NCBI GenBank assembly: GCA_965222655.1
Contig: CBDCUP010000009.1
Span: 391,991 to 455,990, forward strand
DNA: 64,000 nt
From: Acidobacteriota bacterium
GTDB lineage: Bacteria > Acidobacteriota > UBA6911 > RPQK01 > JAJDTT01
Direction: 5' to 3'
Of this stretch, positions 40,371 through 48,922 are shown one piece after another. The notes beneath the pieces are model-generated. The model made no database searches. It saw only the letters and a program-made list of their open reading frames with translations, and was not told where the DNA came from. The number at the start of each line of letters is the position of its first letter. The stretch's first letter is position 1. The position numbers and the translations under genes are program-made.

Positions 40371-42797
40371 ATGAATATAGACACCGAACTGCAAGATTAC
40401 GAGGCGGCGGGATCGCTGGCCGAGGAACTGCCTTATTGGGGGTGGCTTGACGATGAGCGGTCCTGTCTCACGCGGGCCGGGGAGTTGATGAGCTTGGCCC
40501 GCATTTCTCCTTTTGTCCTGGACGGCCAAACGGCCCGGCAGCTAGACCGGGTGATTGACCGCTGGCAGCGGATGTTAAGCGGCCTGAACGCCCGCACCCG
40601 ATTTTACTTCTATCTCTTGAGGCGTCCCATTCGCTTCCCAGAAGTGCCGCCTAGCGGCGCGTCCAAGGTGGTGACGCTCGGCCAACGAAAGCGGCGGGAA
40701 TTTCTCACAGAGCGAGTGCAGGACGTGTCGGCCTATGTTGCATGGGCTTACGATCCGGGCCTATCCACCGTGGCATCCGTGAGGCCCGGTGGACCCTGGT
40801 GGATAACCTACGCGAAGAACTGGATGGCGAGGCGGCGGAACGCGCAGAGGTCCGTTTACCTCCATTCCTCGATAGAAGCGGCGGCGGCGGGCTTTCGGCA
40901 AACGGTCGATGCCAGCCGGGCGCTTGTGGATGACCTCACGCCCTTGCGGTTGCTCCAAGCGCACGAGGCCAGCGTGATTTTGAGCGAACTCACCAACCGG
41001 CCCGGAACGCCGTGGGACGGCGCGACCGGCAGCGGCATGAATTGGAGGTTGGCCGTCTCCGAACTCGAAGCGGAGCGGCGCAACCTTCGCCTGGACGGGG
41101 AGCCCGTTGTGCTCTACTCGCTGCTCTCTCCCCCAGGCTCGGCCCGGAGCAATCTGTTGTCCGATCTTTACCGCCTCGATGCGACCCTGACGGTCACGCT
41201 CGAATGGCGACCGCAGCGCCTTGATGCCGCCCGGCGAAAGATCCGGGGAGCGCAGCGTCATTACTTCTCAAAGCGGTACTCAATGAGCGCCCACGTGCAG
41301 GAGACGGAGGGGAGCGCCGCGGCTATGGTGGACACAGCGGCGGCGGCGGAGTCCGACCGTTTAGGGGATGCCCTGGTCGAGCTTGAGACGGACGGCGTTG
41401 CTTACGGCGACCTTGCCCTGACGATTGCGATTCACGGCCCTTTAGAGCACTCCGAGAGCCTGGACGGGGATATCCGGCGCATCTTCGCCAGCCACGACGC
41501 CAAGGTGATCCGCGAGGGATACGGCCAACTCCCCGCTTGGTTTTCGCGGATGCCAGGGCAACCCCGGAGGCGGCAGGTACGATCCGTGTTTGTCTCGGCA
41601 GGTGTGACCGCTTGCATGGCCCCGATCTTCGGTCCACCTGTGGGAACTCCCCAGAGCGGCCACTTGCGGGCCCCAGCCCTGGCAATCCTTGAGACCCAAT
41701 GGCGGACCCCTTACCACTACGATCTATTTGCTGGCGACGTGGGACATACGCTGGTGTTGGGCGCAACCGGCGCGGGCAAAAGTTTCGCGCTCAATTTCCT
41801 GTTGGTCCAAGCCCTCCAATACGATCCGCGCATCCTGATTCTCGATCTAGGCGGTTCTTACCGCTGGCTCACCCAATTCTTGGGCGGAGGATACATGGAG
41901 CTATCCCCGGCAGCGGCAGACGGTGAAGGTGTCCAGCTACGCCCCTTCTCTTTACCGGCAGGAGAGCGGACCTACCAATTCCTGACGGGTTGGATTTCCC
42001 GGCTGCTTCGCATCGGCGGATGGAACTTGAGCGGTTCCGATCCGAGCGAGATCCGCGCCCGCGTGGAAGACCTCTATGCTTTCGCGCCAGCGGAGCGGAC
42101 CCTTGGAACGCTGGTCCACTCTTTGCCCTCAAAAATGTGGCCCGCGCTGGGCCGCTGGCACGGCGACGGCGCATGGGGCCGCTACTTCGATAACCCGGCA
42201 GACGGGGACGACCTGGAATTTCAAGACTGGCAGGTGATCGACATGGCCGGCGCCGCGGAGCATGACGACTTATGCGAGGCGGCGCTGTTCTACCTTTTGG
42301 AGCGGTTGCGCCTCGCCCTGGAGAACCCCGACGAGACCGCCCGCGTCAAGCTCATGGTGGTAGACGAGGCGTGGCGCTACCTTCAAGATCCCGCCGTCCT
42401 TTCCTATCTCGCAGAGGCCGCCAAAACCTGGCGCAAGAAGAACGCGGCGCTGATCGTGGCGACTCAAAGCGCCGTGGACGTGACGGGAACGGCGGGCGCG
42501 GAGGCGTTGCTTGAATCCATGCCGACCAAGCTCTTCCTTGCCAACCCGGACCTGCCTGAGAAGGCCGCAGAAACCTTCCGGTTGAACCCCTCGGAAATGA
42601 ACACCATTCGAGGCTTGATCCCGAAGCGAGAGCTTTACTTGAGACGCCCCGACGCGGCGGGGATCTTACGCCTTGAAGTCGATCCGGCCAGCTATTGGCT
42701 TTACACCTCTTCGCCGGTGGATGCGGCGAAGCGGGCCGCAGCCGTCGAAGAACACGGTTTAGAACTGGCCCTTGAACACTTATCAAAACGGAGGTAA
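40371..42797 (+). CDS. virB4: T4SS ATPase VirB4/TrbE
   Basis: 808 aa; Walker A GATGAGKS, Walker B MVVDEAW, CagE/TrbE/VirB4 architecture. Confidence 0.9.
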   Translation: MNIDTELQDYEAAGSLAEELPYWGWLDDERSCLTRAGELMSLARISPFVLDGQTARQLDRVIDRWQRMLSGLNARTRFYFYLLRRPIRFPEVPPSGASKVVTLGQRKRREFLTERVQDVSAYVAWAYDPGLSTVASVRPGGPWWITYAKNWMARRRNAQRSVYLHSSIEAAAAGFRQTVDASRALVDDLTPLRLLQAHEASVILSELTNRPGTPWDGATGSGMNWRLAVSELEAERRNLRLDGEPVVLYSLLSPPGSARSNLLSDLYRLDATLTVTLEWRPQRLDAARRKIRGAQRHYFSKRYSMSAHVQETEGSAAAMVDTAAAAESDRLGDALVELETDGVAYGDLALTIAIHGPLEHSESLDGDIRRIFASHDAKVIREGYGQLPAWFSRMPGQPRRRQVRSVFVSAGVTACMAPIFGPPVGTPQSGHLRAPALAILETQWRTPYHYDLFAGDVGHTLVLGATGAGKSFALNFLLVQALQYDPRILILDLGGSYRWLTQFLGGGYMELSPAAADGEGVQLRPFSLPAGERTYQFLTGWISRLLRIGGWNLSGSDPSEIRARVEDLYAFAPAERTLGTLVHSLPSKMWPALGRWHGDGAWGRYFDNPADGDDLEFQDWQVIDMAGAAEHDDLCEAALFYLLERLRLALENPDETARVKLMVVDEAWRYLQDPAVLSYLAEAAKTWRKKNAALIVATQSAVDVTGTAGAEALLESMPTKLFLANPDLPEKAAETFRLNPSEMNTIRGLIPKRELYLRRPDAAGILRLEVDPASYWLYTSSPVDAAKRAAAVEEHGLELALEHLSKRR

Positions 42798-42802
42798 TTC
42801 AA

Positions 42803-43642
42803 ATGTTGAAATTGATTCCACTTTTGACGGCGGCGCTCCTGGTTCAGGGGCCGGTGCTGGCTCAGGACGCGGGCGCGGTGTTGCGGATCATCGAAACCCA
42901 GGATCAGATTGTGAGGATTCAGGCCAAGACGCGGCACACCACTGTAATCGTGTTGCCCGCGTCCGAGGACATTCTTGATTTCGTAGTGGGGGATTCCGAG
43001 TATTGGCACCTGACCGGCGCGGCCAATCTCGCTTTCCTGAAACCGATTGCGGAAGGTGTCACAACGAACGTGGCCTTGGTCTGTGAATCCGGGCGGATCT
43101 ATTCGTTCCTGGTGACGGAAGGTAGCACCGGGGAACCGCATCTAATCGTCCGGGTGGAGCACCCGGAGATTGACGATCCCCGCATCTCGCCGGGTGTAAA
43201 CACCCCGGCCTTTGTCCGACGATCCCAGGTCACGGCCTATCAGGAAATGGCGGAAACCGCCATGAAGACCGTCGCCACAGTTCAGGAGGAAGCCGAGGTC
43301 CGGGTTGCCGAGGCGAAGGCCTTGGCCGAGGGTGAGACTGAGGCTTTCCGGTCGGACTATCCCACCCGGTTGAACTTCCCTTACCGCTTGGAGGACAAAG
43401 CGATCAAGTGGCCGTTCCTGGTCGAGGGAATGTGGAATGACGGCCAGTTTACCTATCTCCGTTCCAACGCCCAGGAGACGCCCGCGCTGTACGAAGAAAA
43501 GGACGGCAAACCGGCTTTGGTTGCCTACGATCTTGAAGAAGACGGCCTGTATATCGCCCGTCATGTTTTAGGCAACGGCTGGTTGCAGATCGGCAAAGAA
43601 AAAGCCAAGTGGCGATTCACCGCGCCGAAGGTGGCACCGTGA
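42803..43642 (+). CDS. virB9: T4SS VirB9/TrbG-like
   Basis: Signal peptide; DFVVGDSEYWHLTG...LFLKP...TNVALVCESGRIYSFLV matches VirB9 N-terminal domain pattern. Confidence 0.55.
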   Translation: MLKLIPLLTAALLVQGPVLAQDAGAVLRIIETQDQIVRIQAKTRHTTVIVLPASEDILDFVVGDSEYWHLTGAANLAFLKPIAEGVTTNVALVCESGRIYSFLVTEGSTGEPHLIVRVEHPEIDDPRISPGVNTPAFVRRSQVTAYQEMAETAMKTVATVQEEAEVRVAEAKALAEGETEAFRSDYPTRLNFPYRLEDKAIKWPFLVEGMWNDGQFTYLRSNAQETPALYEEKDGKPALVAYDLEEDGLYIARHVLGNGWLQIGKEKAKWRFTAPKVAP

Positions 43643-45030
43643 CGGACTGGAAGCGCCTTTACCCCAAACCAGCCGGGAGCTTGCCGGGAGGCATTGTCAC
43701 TCAATGGGGCGTGGCGCTTATTACGGTGTTGATCCTTGTGTTTGTGGCGATATGGCTTGCCACCGGCGGATCGGAGCCAGCAGAAACCGACTCCATAGGG
43801 GGAGAAGTCACCGGCCCGGCGCGGAACTTCGCCGGGCGGATGGCCGCGCAGGTCGAAGCCGAGTCCCTACGGGCCGAGACGCGGCGATCAGCGGCGGAAC
43901 GGACCCTACAGGCGCAGCAGCGCCAGGAGGCGCGGGCGTCCGCAACGGGCGCGATCGGAGGCGGGCAGGTGACGATGGACGAAGCGTTGTTACTGGCCGG
44001 GCCGAGTCCTGAAACCGGCGAAGCGTACACGCAGCAGGAATTTGAACTCCGGGAGCGGTTGCGCCTTGAAGCCCTGGAGCGGCGGAGCCGGTCCCTTCGC
44101 AGTTCGCCGGTGGCTCAGACCTACCGGCAATTCGACCGCGCCGGTTCAGTGACGGAAGGGGGAGCAGCCCCCGGCCCGGTCGAAGCGATCCGCGCCGAGG
44201 GAGCGGCGGCGCTCTCTCAGGCCCTTGGGAAGTTCGAGGGTGTGACGGGGAGCCTGGAAGATGACATTGCGGCGGAGGCGGAAGCGGATCGGGCTTTCCT
44301 TGCGGCGCTCACCGGAGCACAGCAGGGCGGTGGAGCGGACCCGGCCCAGGCCGTTCCTCCTGGACCGGCAGCGCCCGCGCCTAATTCGCTAGGCTTTCCC
44401 GGGGCGGCGGCGCAACCGGCCCGCGATTATGCCAACCCGCCGCGTCTTGAGGGCGGCGGCGATCCGCCAGGGTGGGAACGGATCTATGAGGGATCTTTCC
44501 TTGAGGCCGTCCTGGTCACCCAACTGTCCGGTGACTTCCCCGGCCCGGTCCTGGCCCAGGTTGCCGTGCCGTTTTACTCCGCTGACCGGCAGCGGATTTT
44601 AGTCCCGCGTGGAGCGCGGGTGGTCGGAACCGCGTCGGCAGTTCAGGGGCAAGATCAAGAGCGCCTAGCTGTCAGTTTCCATCGGTTGATCTACCCGGAC
44701 GGTCGATGGGTGACACTGGACTTTCACGGCCTCAACCAAGTGGGAGAAGGCGCGTTGAAAGATCAGGTGAACCGTCACTATTTCTCGATGTTTGCCGCTG
44801 TCGGTGCGGTTGGCATCATTAGCGGCCTCACCTTGCAGAACTCGAACCCTTACGGCGGCGGGGCTCAAGCGTTCCGGGCCGGGGCCGGGCAAGGACTCGG
44901 CCAAGCCGCCGAGCAAATCTTACAGCGTTTCTTGAACCGTTTACCCAATATCACAATCCGGGCCGGGCATCGGCTTCGCATCTGGTTTACGTCCGATGTT
45001 CTGGTCCCCCGAAACCTAAAAGGAGAATGA
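43609..45030 (+). CDS. virB10: T4SS VirB10/TrbI
   Basis: N-terminal TM, Pro/Ala-rich linker, C-terminal TrbI domain (VLAQVAVPFYS...ILVPRGARVVG...LIYPDGRW). Confidence 0.8.
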   Translation: MAIHRAEGGTVTDWKRLYPKPAGSLPGGIVTQWGVALITVLILVFVAIWLATGGSEPAETDSIGGEVTGPARNFAGRMAAQVEAESLRAETRRSAAERTLQAQQRQEARASATGAIGGGQVTMDEALLLAGPSPETGEAYTQQEFELRERLRLEALERRSRSLRSSPVAQTYRQFDRAGSVTEGGAAPGPVEAIRAEGAAALSQALGKFEGVTGSLEDDIAAEAEADRAFLAALTGAQQGGGADPAQAVPPGPAAPAPNSLGFPGAAAQPARDYANPPRLEGGGDPPGWERIYEGSFLEAVLVTQLSGDFPGPVLAQVAVPFYSADRQRILVPRGARVVGTASAVQGQDQERLAVSFHRLIYPDGRWVTLDFHGLNQVGEGALKDQVNRHYFSMFAAVGAVGIISGLTLQNSNPYGGGAQAFRAGAGQGLGQAAEQILQRFLNRLPNITIRAGHRLRIWFTSDVLVPRNLKGE

Positions 45031-45947
45031 AAATGAAACACCGAATCGTGAGCGGCCTTGTCTTGGTTCCCCTCATGATCGTCCTGAGCACCACGCCCGC
45101 CTACGCCATCTTTGGCGGGATCCTTGCGGCGATCCAGCGGGCGCAGATGATCGTCAATCAGGGGGTCCAAATCTACAACGATGCCATGGAGAAGATCACG
45201 ATGAACGGCCAGCTAACGGAACTGACCGATCAATTCTCGCACCTGAAAGAGCAAGCCCTTGGCACGGTCGGGGCGCTGACCCAACCCTTCACCGATCTTA
45301 GCTCGATCCCGACTGAATTTATCGGCGTGGGCCTTTCCTGGAAGAACGACTTTACCGGCGTCGCCGGGGAGTTGGCCGGAGCGGTGGAGCAACTAGGAGA
45401 ATCGGGAACCAGTTTCACCGACGCATGGCGGGATCGCTTGACGGCCAGTAACACCATATCGGAGAGCGATTTTCTGAGCCTCTACGCGGACCAGAGCCCG
45501 GAGGTCGGAGCGGCGGCGTCCCGGGTCTACCTAGCGGCAGCAGAGGCCGGGGACAAGAAGCTCGTCATGGCTCACGCTCAAAGCGATGCGGCCAAGAATC
45601 TGATGGTGGCCGCGAAGGAGGCGGTTTCGTCCTATGAAGGATTGCGAAACAACACGAACACGAGCAACACCGCGCTACAGCAAGCGATGGTTGCCGGGAC
45701 CGTGACCCAGGGCAACCTTACCGCTGCGATGGCGCAGTTGATGGTTTATCAGGCGTCCAAGGAGTCCGCGAGAGAGTACGAACAGGAGATAGCGCGGCGC
45801 GAAGAACTGGCCCGTTTCGTGGAGGCCGAGCGCGAAGCGCAGATTGCTTTTGACGCGCAGCAAGCCGGGATCGCGGCGCGGGTGGATTCGATGCGCGAGG
45901 GGTTGCTTTTCAGAGTCCCGGCGCTCTACGGAGGCCCCGGCCAGTAG
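45027..45947 (+). CDS. virB5: T4SS VirB5/TrbJ-like
   Basis: Signal peptide, alpha-helical 300-aa protein at the TrbJ position; ATGA overlap with virB10. Confidence 0.45.
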   Translation: MKMKHRIVSGLVLVPLMIVLSTTPAYAIFGGILAAIQRAQMIVNQGVQIYNDAMEKITMNGQLTELTDQFSHLKEQALGTVGALTQPFTDLSSIPTEFIGVGLSWKNDFTGVAGELAGAVEQLGESGTSFTDAWRDRLTASNTISESDFLSLYADQSPEVGAAASRVYLAAAEAGDKKLVMAHAQSDAAKNLMVAAKEAVSSYEGLRNNTNTSNTALQQAMVAGTVTQGNLTAAMAQLMVYQASKESAREYEQEIARREELARFVEAEREAQIAFDAQQAGIAARVDSMREGLLFRVPALYGGPGQ

Positions 45948-45957
45948 GCACACGCCG

Positions 45958-46959
45958 ATGCAGCTTCAGATTGACCCGAATATCCCCTCCAATCTCCCCG
46001 ACGAGGAACTGAGGGATTTCCAATCTTTCATTCAGACCGCGCTTGACGGTCTGACAGATGCGGCGGGGGGAGAGGTGATGGCCCTTGGAACTGGCCTGCT
46101 TACCGGGCTTGCGTTGATTGTCATCGTGATCGCCGGGGTCAAGATCGCCTTTAGCGGAAATATCCAACCGTGGGAGCTGGTGCGCCTCGTCATTGGAATA
46201 TGGATTCCGTGGGTGATGATGCAGTTCTACACGACCACGATTCCCGGCATGTCCCACACCTTTCCGGGGATGATTGCCGAGGGGGGGAACTTTCTACACG
46301 AACTGTTGCTAGGCGACATCATTAGCTCGATGCAAACCGAACTCGGCGACATGGTGAGGGCCATAGCCGCGAACATGCAAACGCAAGCGGCCCAGGGGAA
46401 CGTGGTGGGGATCTTAACGGGTGGCGCCCACGCCTTCATTACCGCCGTCGCCGGGAGCATCATCATGGCGTTTTTGATTCTCATGCTCATTGTCTTATTC
46501 GCTGTCACTTACGCTCAGGTGATCTGGGCTCAAATCGCGCTGGCGATCCTCATCATTTTAGGGCCGATCTTTATCCCGTTTCTGGTGTTCGAGCCGCTGG
46601 CCTTTCTCTTTTGGAGCTGGTTCAAAGGGATGCTCACCTATTCGCTCTATGCCGTGATCGCCGGGTGTGTGTTGCGAGTGTTCAGCGCCGTGGGGATTGC
46701 GTATATCACGACGCTGGGCGGCGCGAACCTTGACACCCAATCCATGACGCAAGTGGGCCTATGGACGCTGGCCGTCATTCCTCTTTTCATTGCCGGGATT
46801 CTCTCATCGCTCAAATGCGGGGAACTGGCCTCGATGCTCGTTACCGGAGGCGGAGCGGGAGGGAGCGGACTCATGGGTATGGCGACAACGGCAGGGATGG
46901 CTGCGGCCAGCGGCGGAGCGGCGGCGGCGAAGACAGCGGCATCGGGAGGGATCAAGTGA
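45958..46959 (+). CDS. virB6: T4SS VirB6/TrbL
   Basis: Polytopic membrane protein (at least 6 TM) with Gly/Ala-rich C-terminal tail typical of TrbL. Confidence 0.7.
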   Translation: MQLQIDPNIPSNLPDEELRDFQSFIQTALDGLTDAAGGEVMALGTGLLTGLALIVIVIAGVKIAFSGNIQPWELVRLVIGIWIPWVMMQFYTTTIPGMSHTFPGMIAEGGNFLHELLLGDIISSMQTELGDMVRAIAANMQTQAAQGNVVGILTGGAHAFITAVAGSIIMAFLILMLIVLFAVTYAQVIWAQIALAILIILGPIFIPFLVFEPLAFLFWSWFKGMLTYSLYAVIAGCVLRVFSAVGIAYITTLGGANLDTQSMTQVGLWTLAVIPLFIAGILSSLKCGELASMLVTGGGAGGSGLMGMATTAGMAAASGGAAAAKTAASGGIK

Positions 46960-47636
46960 GCCAAGATAAGACGCCCCCGGCGAAAGACGCGGGCGGGGAG
47001 TATGCCGAGATATGGGGCGAGGCGATCCACACCAACCGTCACCTTCGGACGATCACGGTGGGGCTTGGTATTGCGGTGGTCCTTCTCATTGTCGTCGTGC
47101 TTCGGATTGCAACGGTCGATCCACCACGGCCCATCGTCGTGAGGGTTGACGAAGTGGGCCGGGCGGAGGCCGTCGCTTATGACGTGATGGAGGCCCAGGC
47201 CGACCCGCTGGACCCGACGACCAAATACTTTCTCAATCGTTTCGTCTATGACTTCTATTCCCGTCGCCGGGCGACGGTCGAAGAAAACTGGTCCCGCAGT
47301 CTCCGGTTTCTCACGACCGATCTAGCCAACGCATCCTTCCGGGCCGAAAGTCAGAATATCGCCCTCCTAGCGGCGGGCGCGGCCCGCGATGAGTTGCAGG
47401 TGGATCGTGTCGTTTTGAGGATTCAAGCCAACCCCCAGGAGCCCCACAGCGCGACGGCCGATTTTGACCTCGTGCGCCTTGTCGCCGAGGGCGAAGTGGA
47501 CCGGGAGCGGTGGAGCTTATCGCTTCAATTCCTGTTCCTCGCTGAGATCCCCCCCGATCTGATTGTTCACAATCCTATGGGGATCGTCATCACCTACCTG
47601 CAAGGAGATCGGGCCGTGGTGACGGGCGACCGATGA
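46956..47636 (+). CDS. virB8: T4SS VirB8/TrbF-like
   Basis: GTG start overlapping virB6 stop (GTGA); N-terminal TM then NTF2-like periplasmic domain of about 180 aa. Confidence 0.55.
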   Translation: MSQDKTPPAKDAGGEYAEIWGEAIHTNRHLRTITVGLGIAVVLLIVVVLRIATVDPPRPIVVRVDEVGRAEAVAYDVMEAQADPLDPTTKYFLNRFVYDFYSRRRATVEENWSRSLRFLTTDLANASFRAESQNIALLAAGAARDELQVDRVVLRIQANPQEPHSATADFDLVRLVAEGEVDRERWSLSLQFLFLAEIPPDLIVHNPMGIVITYLQGDRAVVTGDR

Positions 47637-48565
47637 TCGAGCATTTGAAGGGCCGGGAACAGGCGCTTGCGCCCCTTGGATGGACCGGGCGGGAGGCGGA
47701 ATGGATTGCGCTGGTTTGTCTGCACAGCGGAGTTTTCACGCGGACGCAGTTCTGTTGCTACTTCAATACCTACCGGAAACAGGCGCACCGTTTCGTGAAG
47801 GCATTGATCGAACAACGGGCAGCGGTCGAAACCGATGTAATTGCCTTCAACGGCGGCGGAAAGACGTGCCGGATTTCAAGCAAGCCGCTTTACCGGGCGC
47901 TCGGAGTCGAGAATATCCGTCACCGGCGGAAAGCGGGAGCGCCGGTCGTCATGCGGCGGCTTCTCTCGCTTGATTTTATCCTGGAACATCCGGGCATGAA
48001 CTGGCTTCCGACCGAGGGGGAAAAGGTCGAATTTATTGAAGGGCTAGGGGTCCGTTCCAACCTCATTCCCCGGCGGATTTACTACGGCGCGGTGGCCGCT
48101 CAGAAACGCTATTTTGCGCTCAAGCTCCCCGTTGCCGGAGGCGATAAAACCGTCACCTTCGCCTATGTCGATCCTGGCCGGGAGAGCACCGGCGAACTCA
48201 ACTCATGGGGAGCGGCGCATGGACCGCTTTGGGATGCGATCCGCGCCAAGGGTCGGCGGGTGGAGGTGATCGCCATCGGCGCGGAACTGGACGCGGTTTT
48301 GCGGGCGGATCGGGTGCTACAGCTTTGGGCGTCGGCGGAGCCGGGGAAGGTGGCAACGGGGTTGACGGTGAAGCAGGAGATCAGGGCGATTAGTGATGCA
48401 ATCGACAATCGAGACATGGGATTTTTGGCACAGTACGGCGGGATGGGCGAGGCCGGGAAGCGGTACATGGCGCTTCAAAAACTTCCCGAAGCGGAGCTTG
48501 CGGAAGGGGTGTCGATTGACGACTATTCGACGTTCCGGGCAACCCGGTTTGCGGATCTGGCTTGA
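47633..48565 (+). CDS. Hypothetical protein with replication-relaxation-like N-terminal winged helix; candidate relaxase/mobilisation accessory
   Basis: LAPLGWTGREAEWIALVCLHSGVFTRTQF resembles Replic_Relax family N-terminus; lies directly upstream of hairpin-rich candidate oriT. Confidence 0.35.
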   Translation: MIEHLKGREQALAPLGWTGREAEWIALVCLHSGVFTRTQFCCYFNTYRKQAHRFVKALIEQRAAVETDVIAFNGGGKTCRISSKPLYRALGVENIRHRRKAGAPVVMRRLLSLDFILEHPGMNWLPTEGEKVEFIEGLGVRSNLIPRRIYYGAVAAQKRYFALKLPVAGGDKTVTFAYVDPGRESTGELNSWGAAHGPLWDAIRAKGRRVEVIAIGAELDAVLRADRVLQLWASAEPGKVATGLTVKQEIRAISDAIDNRDMGFLAQYGGMGEAGKRYMALQKLPEAELAEGVSIDDYSTFRATRFADLA

Positions 48566-48922
48566 GGGGCCAAATCCGGGGTGTTTTTCATGCCCCAAAG
48601 GACCGCTTATTTTTTGCCCCAGGGACAAAGGGGGGGGTGGGGCATAAAAAAGCGTGGGGGTGGGGCATCCATACACTCCTTGAACCGTTTTGTGTTCAGT
48701 GGTTTGCCCCTACTATTCGGCTTCCATAATGACGATACAGAAAAATCCGGGAAGACGATAGCGCCCCCCCCCGAAACGGGGGTTCCTACCGGCCCCGATA
48801 GCGGTCCTGCGGGGCAGTCCCCCTATCCGGCCCCAGGGGGTCGCTATCGTCGGTATTTATCCCTGCGGGAAGGCTCGGAAAAGACGCCCGACAGCGGCGG
48901 GCATTAAGCGGAGAATGGACCT
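48566..48922. promoter_or_regulatory. Candidate oriT / regulatory intergenic region with multiple inverted repeats
   Basis: ATGCCCC...GGGGCAT arms, CCCCCGAAACGGGGG hairpin, GATAGCGG...CGCTATC inverted repeat; only long non-coding stretch inside the T4SS cluster, upstream of virD4. Confidence 0.35.

Noticed and set aside
48581-48907. 108-aa ORF inside the candidate oriT region
   Set aside because: Gly/Pro-rich low-complexity translation of hairpin-rich DNA with no start context; region better explained as non-coding regulatory/oriT.
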